This document shows positions 10,716 to 19,160 of a stretch of DNA of 64,000 nucleotides, one piece after another. This DNA comes from Clostridium sp. GTDB taxonomy: Bacteria > Bacillota > Clostridia > Clostridiales > Clostridiaceae. The stretch is from NCBI GenBank assembly GCA_017435645.1, contig JAFSER010000006.1:19679-83678 (forward strand). The letters run 5' to 3'. The notes below the pieces were generated by a model. The model did no database searches, was not told the DNA's origin, and worked only from the letters and a program-made list of their open reading frames with translations. The position numbers were made by a program, and so were the translations under genes. Each line of letters starts with the position of its first letter. The first letter of the stretch is position 1.

Positions 10716-12299
10716 TCATATAGTTTCTTCTAAAAAACTTTCTCTATCATTTTTTCTAGAAATACTACTTTTAATATTTCCTTTATTATCATAAGTAACT
10801 ATTTTTTTAGTCTTTCCATTGGAAAAGTAATATATAGTCTTTTTCTTTATACCATTGCCATACTGTATATTTTCCTTTTGTATTTTATTTGGATAGTAAA
10901 ATCTTACTTCTTTTAATTGGCCACAATTATCAAACACTTCTGTTCTATCATAAATATTATTATCTTTATAATATGTCTTTGATCTTACTTTTCCATTTCC
11001 ATAATACATAGCAAATATTTTTTTTCTACCACTCAAATCATACTCTGCCATAGATGTTACTTTTCCAAGCTTTATATATTCAGAATAAATTAAATCACGA
11101 ATAACTTTCCCATTTTCAAAAAATTTACATCTTATAAGATATGATCTGTCATCAAAATAGTCTATTCTATTTAATTTTTTCTCTGATATATATCTAGATT
11201 CCACAATATTACCATAATCATTAAATATATTTATAATAAAATTATTTGATTTAAGATAATTTTTTTGAATCCTTAATAATCCTTTTTTATATATATTTTT
11301 TGCTATAATTTTACCATTATCATCTCTATATATTACTTCATTATCTTTATAATTAAAATCATTTAAATTTAATTTTAGTCTATCAATTTGATAATTAATT
11401 TTTTTCTGAATATCTTCTATATAAGATAAAGATACATCATTAAATGAAATTATATTGGATAATTCTTTTAACTTATTATAATTATTATTACTAATTTTTT
11501 TTACATCTACATATTTATATTTCCCATCATGTATTTCTTTTAATTTTAATATAAAATCAATATAATATTTTTCATTGTAATGATAATATCCTCTTCCATA
11601 TCTATGATCTACAGGACTATAATAATTTTCATATGGTAATTCAATATATTTTATATTTGGATATTTTTCTTCCATATATTTATATATTTCAAGTAAAATA
11701 TTATTTCTCTTGATAGCCCCCTGTAATGTATTTAACTTATAATTAGGATTTGAATAATTAAACGTATCAGTTAAATAATACTCTTTATCATCTATATTCG
11801 ATAAATAAATTGCATATGCTTTATGCAATATTATTCTTTCTTCTGGACAAAATTGTTTTATCCTTGATATAAATAAATCTATATATTTTTTAAATATATT
11901 TATATCATTTTCTACTTTGTTAGAGTCATTTTTTAGTATATCCCATATCTCTTCTCTATACTCTATAAAACTATCCTTATAATTTATTAATTGCATTCTT
12001 TCATCTATAAAATCAATTAAATAATAATTTAACTTAAAATTTTCTTTTATAATTGTTTTATCAAAACTTGCCCTTAATTGCTTTACTACAAAATCTCTAA
12101 CTGATTTACTTGCAATTAATTTATCTTCTATTTTTTTTAAAGTTTCTTCATTAGTCTCTATTTTTTTAGATGCTAACACTGCTATCGGTTTTTGAAACAT
12201 ATAGTAATCAACTTTAATATCCTCTTCATCAGGAAATACTAGCTTCCAATAATTTAATGCCTCTCTAGTAACACAACTTCCCTTTAATTGTATATTCAT
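10716..12299 (-). CDS. DUF6270-like putative polysaccharide-modifying domain fused to C-terminal MORN-variant (YwqK-like) repeats
   Basis: Likely start is ATG 12299 after GAGAGG (track start 12314). N-terminal GSCVTRE, LIDFIDER and HRYGRGYYHY..YY motifs resemble DUF6270 proteins of glycan loci. C-terminal repeats YYGNGKVRSKTYY, FDNCGQLKEVRFYY, YFSNGKTKKIVTYDNKG. Confidence 0.6.
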   Translation of the reverse strand: MNIQLKGSCVTREALNYWKLVFPDEEDIKVDYYMFQKPIAVLASKKIETNEETLKKIEDKLIASKSVRDFVVKQLRASFDKTIIKENFKLNYYLIDFIDERMQLINYKDSFIEYREEIWDILKNDSNKVENDINIFKKYIDLFISRIKQFCPEERIILHKAYAIYLSNIDDKEYYLTDTFNYSNPNYKLNTLQGAIKRNNILLEIYKYMEEKYPNIKYIELPYENYYSPVDHRYGRGYYHYNEKYYIDFILKLKEIHDGKYKYVDVKKISNNNYNKLKELSNIISFNDVSLSYIEDIQKKINYQIDRLKLNLNDFNYKDNEVIYRDDNGKIIAKNIYKKGLLRIQKNYLKSNNFIINIFNDYGNIVESRYISEKKLNRIDYFDDRSYLIRCKFFENGKVIRDLIYSEYIKLGKVTSMAEYDLSGRKKIFAMYYGNGKVRSKTYYKDNNIYDRTEVFDNCGQLKEVRFYYPNKIQKENIQYGNGIKKKTIYYFSNGKTKKIVTYDNKGNIKSSISRKNDRESFLEETI

Positions 12300-12322
12300 A
12301 AAAATACCTCTCAATCTATCAT

Positions 12323-15007
12323 TTAAATACTAAAATAATTCTTATTAATGAACTCATTTCTTTTTTTATTAAATATTTTTTCTGATAGTACTTTCTGATT
12401 AATTTCAGATACATATTGAACCTTAAAAAGTTTTCCATTTTCTTCATTGTAAAATCTTTTTACTTTTACTTTTCCACTTTTGAAATAATCATATTCTCTT
12501 AATTTATTTCCATTCTCACTATAAAAATAATATTTATTTGCTAAACCATCTTCTGTGTAAGTTAATTCACTCTTTATATTCCCATTTTTATGAAAATGTT
12601 CTATTGATTTAATTTTTTCTGTTGTTACATTATATTTTGTTATAGTTTTAATTGTATTACTATCTTTATAATAAATTACTTTACTACTTAGTACACCATT
12701 TTTATTTACATTTTGTTTTATTATTAAATTTCCTTTTTTATCATAAACATCTAAATAACTAATCTTTATTTTTATATCTTTATAACAATTAATTCTTTTT
12801 ATAGCTCTTCCTTTTTTATCGTATAATATTTGACTAACTATAAATCCATTTTTATAAATTATTTTTCTTCTCCTTAAATCTTCATTGTAAAATTCTCTAG
12901 ATATTAATTCATAATTTTTATCATATATTCTTTTTTCTTTTATATTCTTATTTGGTACTTCAACAATATATTTTCTTATATTCTTAGTAGGGATTTTATT
13001 AATAAATTCATAAATCTTTTTGCAATTTTCTATACTATTTCTATTAAAAAATAAGTCATCCTCTATATGATAAAAAGTATTATAATTATTATTTTCCCAT
13101 TCTTTCAAAGTTGATATAACTTCTTCCTTTTTAGTTACTACTTTACCAAAGTCACTATATAAAGTATATTTCTCTTCTTTATTTATATTATAATGAAAAT
13201 TATACGAACTAAATTGATAAAAAATGACTGGTTTATTTAAATATGAAAAATCCACACCTACTGATGAATAGTCTGTTATTAATAAATTACTTTCTTTTAA
13301 TAAATTTTGAACAACTGCATTTTCTCTATTCATAAATACTACATTGTTACCTAAAAATTTAAAGCAACTATTAAATTTTTGCATTTCATAATGAAGATAC
13401 ACTATTAATTTTAAGTTTTTACTTTCAATAAAATTATTCAATTCCTTATCATTAATTAAATTATCTATATCTTTATAATATTGAGTCTTTATAAATTCAT
13501 CTTTACTTAACTTCGCTAAACTACTTCTCCAAGTTGGCATAAACAATATTATTTTCTTTTCATTCTTATAAGATTTATCAATCAATTGATCATATCTAGG
13601 TAACCCTATCTTAATTATTTTGTCATCATTATACCCATATTCTTTTGTAAACATATTATATTCTTTTTTAGTAGACGCTAATATATAATCATATTTGTTT
13701 ATATGCTTATTATAATAATTAGCTTTATTCATAGCTACACCATGTTGTAAAAAAATCCTAGTTGAATTCATATATTTAATATTATACTTTTTAAATCTAT
13801 TTGAATCTTTAGGCAATAAAAATTTAAAAAAATCATAAGCAGAAATAAGTTTTTTTGCATGCATTAAATATATCCTATGCTTAAAACTATCTTTATCAAT
13901 TACATTCCCTAAATCTTTAACATTTTTATATTGTGTGCTTTTTTTATCTATAATATAATAAATCTTCTTCTTAGGATAATTTTCTCTAACATATTTAAAA
14001 AATCTAAATGCATTATCTTCAGCTTGATCTGATCTTTCGCCTATTAACCATATATCTTTTCCAAATAAAAAAGGCTTAGTGCTCACATATTCTAAAAACA
14101 CTAGTATATGCCTCAATATTGATATAATTTTATCGTAATAAATATTAATTTTTATTCTATTATTTTTTATTAATGGAAATATCTTTTCATATTCTATTTT
14201 TAATTTTTTATATTCCTCCGTAATTTCTTTATTTTCTGAATACTCTTTAGATAAAAAAAGCAACTGTGAATAAAATCCATTTTTTATAATATAAAAAATA
14301 GTACTTATTCTATTAAATTCTTCTTCATTAAGAGAATTCTTTAAAAATAAAATATAATCATCTGAATTAATTTTTCTGGATTCTTCTTGTAATTTTTTAA
14401 ATATATTTGTAGCTGTATTTTCTTCTAAACCATTTATTTCTCTCAATATTATTTTAAATATATTATATAAATATATATATTTTTGTTTAGAAGAAAGTTT
14501 TTCTAATTTGAAAATGTCATCTATACTAAAATTTATATTAAGATTTTTATTATAAATATATTCTTCTTTTAAATATATACTTAATTTTTCATCAAATTTA
14601 TTAAGTTCTATAAAATCTTCGTTTAATATATCTATTTTTTTTATTTTCTCTCTCTTTACTAAAATATTATCATAACTAATTAATATGCACTCTAAAAAGT
14701 TTTCTTTTAATATATTAACATCAATCTTATTTGGTAAATAATCTATTGAATCTAAAAAAATTATTATATCATTAATCATTTCTTTATCAGATAATTTTAA
14801 ATTATGAATTTTTTCTATATTAATATCTGATATTTTCCTTGTAAATATTACATACTTGGAATTTATTGAATTTATTAAATCATTAACATTTTTAAAGTCT
14901 TTTATATGATATATACAATTTCTAGCACTTGTATCTTTGTATAAATTTTTTTCTCCTAAATTAACAATACTTACATCATTTTTCATAAAATAATTTATTT
15001 CCTCCAT
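12323..15007 (-). CDS. CDP-glycerol/ribitol:polyol-phosphate transferase (TagF/TarL-like) with a degenerate N-terminal region and C-terminal MORN-variant repeats
   Basis: Motifs WLIGERSDQAEDNA, IFLQHGV, IGLPRYD, ILFMPTWR, LLITDYSSVGVDFSYLNKPVIFYQF. C-terminal repeats FHKNGNIKSE, YSENGNKLRE, FKSGKVKVK, YNEENGKL. The true start may be ATG 14986 (GGAGG upstream). Confidence 0.85.
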   Translation of the reverse strand: MEEINYFMKNDVSIVNLGEKNLYKDTSARNCIYHIKDFKNVNDLINSINSKYVIFTRKISDINIEKIHNLKLSDKEMINDIIIFLDSIDYLPNKIDVNILKENFLECILISYDNILVKREKIKKIDILNEDFIELNKFDEKLSIYLKEEYIYNKNLNINFSIDDIFKLEKLSSKQKYIYLYNIFKIILREINGLEENTATNIFKKLQEESRKINSDDYILFLKNSLNEEEFNRISTIFYIIKNGFYSQLLFLSKEYSENKEITEEYKKLKIEYEKIFPLIKNNRIKINIYYDKIISILRHILVFLEYVSTKPFLFGKDIWLIGERSDQAEDNAFRFFKYVRENYPKKKIYYIIDKKSTQYKNVKDLGNVIDKDSFKHRIYLMHAKKLISAYDFFKFLLPKDSNRFKKYNIKYMNSTRIFLQHGVAMNKANYYNKHINKYDYILASTKKEYNMFTKEYGYNDDKIIKIGLPRYDQLIDKSYKNEKKIILFMPTWRSSLAKLSKDEFIKTQYYKDIDNLINDKELNNFIESKNLKLIVYLHYEMQKFNSCFKFLGNNVVFMNRENAVVQNLLKESNLLITDYSSVGVDFSYLNKPVIFYQFSSYNFHYNINKEEKYTLYSDFGKVVTKKEEVISTLKEWENNNYNTFYHIEDDLFFNRNSIENCKKIYEFINKIPTKNIRKYIVEVPNKNIKEKRIYDKNYELISREFYNEDLRRRKIIYKNGFIVSQILYDKKGRAIKRINCYKDIKIKISYLDVYDKKGNLIIKQNVNKNGVLSSKVIYYKDSNTIKTITKYNVTTEKIKSIEHFHKNGNIKSELTYTEDGLANKYYFYSENGNKLREYDYFKSGKVKVKRFYNEENGKLFKVQYVSEINQKVLSEKIFNKKRNEFINKNYFSI

Positions 15008-17702
15008 CTATACTTTTATAAACAAAATCACAATGTTCTATATTTCTAACTACATATCTATCTATATAGGCTAATTTAGAATTCTTTAAATTAGTTGATA
15101 GATTATCAAATAGTTCTACTAAATTTTCTACCCTAACACCAAACAACTCAGTTTTATGATTTATAGGTCCTTCATTATAATGTTTTGAATAAAACTCATC
15201 ATAATCAAATTGATAAAATATTACTGGTTTATTGCTATAGGCAAAATCAAAAGCTACTGTTGAATAATCTGTTATTAATATATAATTTTCATTTATTAAA
15301 TCTTGTACACTTTTTTCTCCCTGCCTTACAATAGTAATATTTTTACTAAAATTATTATCAAGTTTACTTAATAACTTTTGTGTTTGGTAATGGGGATAAA
15401 ATGTAAGCTCATAATTTTTTTCTTTTAAAATTTTATGCAATTTCTCACTATTAAGTAACTCAATATACCTTTTAAAATAGTCTGAATTAAGTAATTCCTC
15501 TTCACTTTTAATCCAAGATCTCCAGGTTGGCATTAATAAGATTTTATTTTTTTCAGCTTTATTATTTAAATTATCCCATCTTGGTAATCCCGTAACTATA
15601 ACTTCATTTTCATCATATCCAAACTCTTCTAATATGTGTTGTTTCTCAAATTCTGAACTAACTACAAAATAATCATAATCAACTCTATTCTTATGAAGAA
15701 CATGATTTACCCTACTTACACCTATTACCCCATGTTGTAAAAATACCTTTTTGTTTTTTATAAATTCTGGATAGTATTTAACTATATCAATGTATTCTTT
15801 AGTATACATATTAGGTTTTTCTGCATAACTATTTATGGTAAATTCACAAGTTAAAAGATATAGTGTGTGCATAATACTGTTAAACCAAACTATATCTCCA
15901 TATTTCTTTATTTTTATTAAATCCTCTGAATCTTTTGTTATTATATATTTTGCATTAACTCTCTTCTTATTATCTTTTATATATTTAAACAAATGATAAG
16001 TATTATCTTGAGCTGTGTCTTTTCTTTCACCCATTAACCATATATTTTTACTTCTAAAATACCAACTAAATAATTTATATAAAATTAAAATTAAAAATGC
16101 TTTATATTTTTTTCTTCTTATTAAAGAAATATCATATCTTGTATCTCTTCTAATCATTCTTAATTTAGATTTTAAATATGATTTTTTACTTAAAGTTCTA
16201 ATTCTTAAATTTATATTTTTCCCTTCAATAAATCTACAAAATACTTCTCTATTATCTATATATCTAACTTTAAGCTTATTTTTTATTTCTGCTAATCTAA
16301 ATTCAAAAGGTATTTCAAAAATTTCACCATTTATTATTACTCTTTGAAAAACTTCATAATCATCATCTTTTATTTTATCTAAATTAATTGCTATAGGCTT
16401 ATAACCACTCCAGTTGTAATTTATAGAATCCCCCTTAAATAAATATGTTAAATCTGTTCTATAATCACTTTCTAATGTTTTTACGACTTCATTATTTTTA
16501 CCTTTTAAAACTAACTCCCTTTTGATTCTATCTTTATTATTAAATTCTAGCCCTCTTATAAAAGCATATCCTCTTAAAACTAAGATATTTTCCTTAGTTA
16601 TATATGCATTTTCAACCTTACTTTCAATTTTAGGATTTTCTTTTAAAACATTTTTATAACCTTTAAAATCTTTATATAAATAGCTAAAATACTCCTTATT
16701 TTCTAAAATTAAATTTTTTTTAGGATTAGTTAATAAATAATTATTTATTAACTTTTTTATATTTTCTTTATCCTTATTCTCAAATAATATTGCCAAAAAA
16801 TATCTTTCAATGCTTCTAAAATCATCTCTTTCAAAATCAATATTCTTTGAAATCTCAAAAAACTCTATTCCTAAATCTATAAGACTATCTATTTCTTCTG
16901 TCATATACTGTATTTTTAAAAATATGCTATCTATCCAAAATTCAATTTGTCTCAATATTACATCTTTGTTTAAAGGCTTATTAGCATATAATTTTATAAG
17001 TTCTTTTTGCACTTCTAGCAAGTTTTTAAAAAATTCAATATTACTTTTCTTTACTAAAGAATCCTTCTTTATAATTCTATAATTATAAATATCAATATTT
17101 TTACATACTATTTTTTTAGAATTTATAAAAGCATTTTGAGTAAATAATAAATCTTCAGCTACCTTAATATTTTCATTAAATAAGATATTATTACTTTTTA
17201 ACATTGAAAGCTTGAACCATTTATTACATACTGATGGAGTATAATTAATCTCTGACATTTCATTAAGAGTTCCAATTTTAACTTCTTCATTTTTAAAAAC
17301 TTTTTTCATATAAGGCAAACGCCATTTTCTAACATCATCAAAGCATAATATATTTCCTATAAATATATCTGCCTTTGTATTATTTAAAATACTATATATT
17401 TTTTTAAATGTATCTTTAATAATTAAATCATCACTATCTAAAAAAGTTACATATTCCCCTGTTGCAACTTTAATTCCAGTATTTCTTGCTACTCCTGGTC
17501 CTAAATTTTTTTGAGATATAAGCTTTATATTACTATATTCCTTGGAATACCTATGACAAATATCTAAAGATTTATCTGTAGAACCATCATCTATTAAAAT
17601 TATTTCTATTCCTTTTAATTTTTGCTTCAATACTGATTCTATAGCCTCTTCTAAATAAGCTTCAGAATTATAAACTGGTATTATAACACTAATTTTTATC
17701 AT
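14976..17702 (-). CDS. Bifunctional GT2 glycosyltransferase / CDP-polyol phosphotransferase (TagF-like)
   Basis: GT2 motifs ISVIIPVYN, IDDGSTD, ARNTG, FLDSDD. TagF motifs AQDN, FLQHGV, TGLPRWD, LMPTWR, ITDYSTVAFDF. Confidence 0.92.
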   Translation of the reverse strand: MIKISVIIPVYNSEAYLEEAIESVLKQKLKGIEIILIDDGSTDKSLDICHRYSKEYSNIKLISQKNLGPGVARNTGIKVATGEYVTFLDSDDLIIKDTFKKIYSILNNTKADIFIGNILCFDDVRKWRLPYMKKVFKNEEVKIGTLNEMSEINYTPSVCNKWFKLSMLKSNNILFNENIKVAEDLLFTQNAFINSKKIVCKNIDIYNYRIIKKDSLVKKSNIEFFKNLLEVQKELIKLYANKPLNKDVILRQIEFWIDSIFLKIQYMTEEIDSLIDLGIEFFEISKNIDFERDDFRSIERYFLAILFENKDKENIKKLINNYLLTNPKKNLILENKEYFSYLYKDFKGYKNVLKENPKIESKVENAYITKENILVLRGYAFIRGLEFNNKDRIKRELVLKGKNNEVVKTLESDYRTDLTYLFKGDSINYNWSGYKPIAINLDKIKDDDYEVFQRVIINGEIFEIPFEFRLAEIKNKLKVRYIDNREVFCRFIEGKNINLRIRTLSKKSYLKSKLRMIRRDTRYDISLIRRKKYKAFLILILYKLFSWYFRSKNIWLMGERKDTAQDNTYHLFKYIKDNKKRVNAKYIITKDSEDLIKIKKYGDIVWFNSIMHTLYLLTCEFTINSYAEKPNMYTKEYIDIVKYYPEFIKNKKVFLQHGVIGVSRVNHVLHKNRVDYDYFVVSSEFEKQHILEEFGYDENEVIVTGLPRWDNLNNKAEKNKILLMPTWRSWIKSEEELLNSDYFKRYIELLNSEKLHKILKEKNYELTFYPHYQTQKLLSKLDNNFSKNITIVRQGEKSVQDLINENYILITDYSTVAFDFAYSNKPVIFYQFDYDEFYSKHYNEGPINHKTELFGVRVENLVELFDNLSTNLKNSKLAYIDRYVVRNIEHCDFVYKSIDGGNKLFYEK

Positions 17703-17717
17703 TCTTATTCTCCAATT

Positions 17718-18941
17718 TTATAGTTTATATAAATTAACATCTTCAATTATATTTTTTGTATCTAAAATTAATTTATCTTTTATTGTATATAGATTTTCTT
17801 TTATATGAGTATGGGCAACCATTATAACAACTATATCTATATCATTTATAAACTCTTCAAAATCTAAATATTGATCTTTACAAACTAATTCCTTTACATA
17901 TGGATCATATACTTTAATATATTCATCCTTACTATTTAATTCCTCTAACAACTGCAATGTAGGACTTTCCCTTATATCATCAATATCTTCTTTATAAGTT
18001 AATCCGTATAGCCCAACCTTAGATATATCTGTAATTTCATTTTCATTCATTATCTCTTTTATCCTATCTATAACGAATTCAGGCATAGAATCATTTACTT
18101 CTCTTGCACTTTTTATTATATTAACAGTATCTGGATAGTCTCCAACTAAAAACCATGGATCTACTGATATACAATGTCCTCCCACCCCTGGTCCTGGTTG
18201 AAGAATATTCACCCTTGGATGCTTATTTGCTATTTCTATTAACTCATAAACATTAATATTTTCTTTTCTACATATCTTAGTTAACTCATTGGCAAAAGCA
18301 ATATTTATATCTCTAAAGGTATTTTCTACAACCTTACTCATTTCAGCCGTTTTTATATCAGTAACTACTATATCTCCTTTGCAGAAGCTCTTGTACAACT
18401 CTCTAACCATAATCCCAATTTCTCTATTATCAGCACCTATAGTTCTTGAGTTATTTTCTAGTTCATATACCATTTTTCCTGGTATTATTCTTTCTGGAGC
18501 ATGTACTAAATGTATATCTTCTCCTATTTTAAAACCTCTTTCTTCAATTAACGGTCTTACAAATTTATCTATAGTTCCTGGTGATACAGTTGATTCTATT
18601 ACAAGAATTGTACCCCTTTTACAAACTTCTATAATCTTATTAACTGCAGCTATTATATACTTTGGATCTATTTTTTTAGATTCAGATATATATGGTGTTG
18701 GAACCGTAATTATATATTTATCTGTTTCTAAATACTCAGTAGAAAATTTTACTCCCTTTTCTAAAGCCCTATTAAAAAGCTCATCTAATCCCTCTTCCTT
18801 AAAAGTAAGCACCCCACTATTTAACTTTTTTATAATATTTTTATTTAAATCTGTTCCTACTACCTCTATTCCATTTGCTGCAAACATTAGGGTTGTTGGA
18901 AGCCCTATATATCCTAAGCCTATTACATTTAGTTTACTCAT
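17718..18941 (-). CDS. wecC: UDP-N-acetyl-D-mannosamine dehydrogenase (makes UDP-ManNAcA)
   Basis: Motifs GLGYIGLPT, ESTVSPGT, HAPERIIPG, KVVENTFRDINIAFANEL, HPRVNILQPGPGVGGHCISVDPWFL. Confidence 0.88.
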   Translation of the reverse strand: MSKLNVIGLGYIGLPTTLMFAANGIEVVGTDLNKNIIKKLNSGVLTFKEEGLDELFNRALEKGVKFSTEYLETDKYIITVPTPYISESKKIDPKYIIAAVNKIIEVCKRGTILVIESTVSPGTIDKFVRPLIEERGFKIGEDIHLVHAPERIIPGKMVYELENNSRTIGADNREIGIMVRELYKSFCKGDIVVTDIKTAEMSKVVENTFRDINIAFANELTKICRKENINVYELIEIANKHPRVNILQPGPGVGGHCISVDPWFLVGDYPDTVNIIKSAREVNDSMPEFVIDRIKEIMNENEITDISKVGLYGLTYKEDIDDIRESPTLQLLEELNSKDEYIKVYDPYVKELVCKDQYLDFEEFINDIDIVVIMVAHTHIKENLYTIKDKLILDTKNIIEDVNLYKL

Positions 18942-19160
18942 ATTGTATAACCTCCTAAAATACTCATATGTATTTAAATATACCTATAAGTTTTTTTATT
19001 ACTTCCCTCTTTTGTTTGCTTTCTTTTCAATACAAATTATCTTGTGTTAATAAAAATACTTTGATTAAATAATCATGATTTCAAATATTTATATTTAATT
19101 ACAGTAAAAAACTTCTAATATCTTTAAACTACATTAACATAAATATTTTTTCTTATTCTC

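Noticed and set aside
10200-10716. 500-bp extremely AT-rich gap as an origin or ncRNA
   Set aside because: No DnaA-box cluster, iterons or structure beyond one terminator were seen.
10716-12940. MORN-repeat proteins as a YwqJK toxin-antitoxin system
   Set aside because: The repeats are fused to glycan enzymes and no intact toxin gene is present.
18289-19050. 253-aa plus-strand ORF
   Set aside because: Antisense shadow of wecC, with the Ile/Ser/Pro-rich composition typical of the reverse frame.
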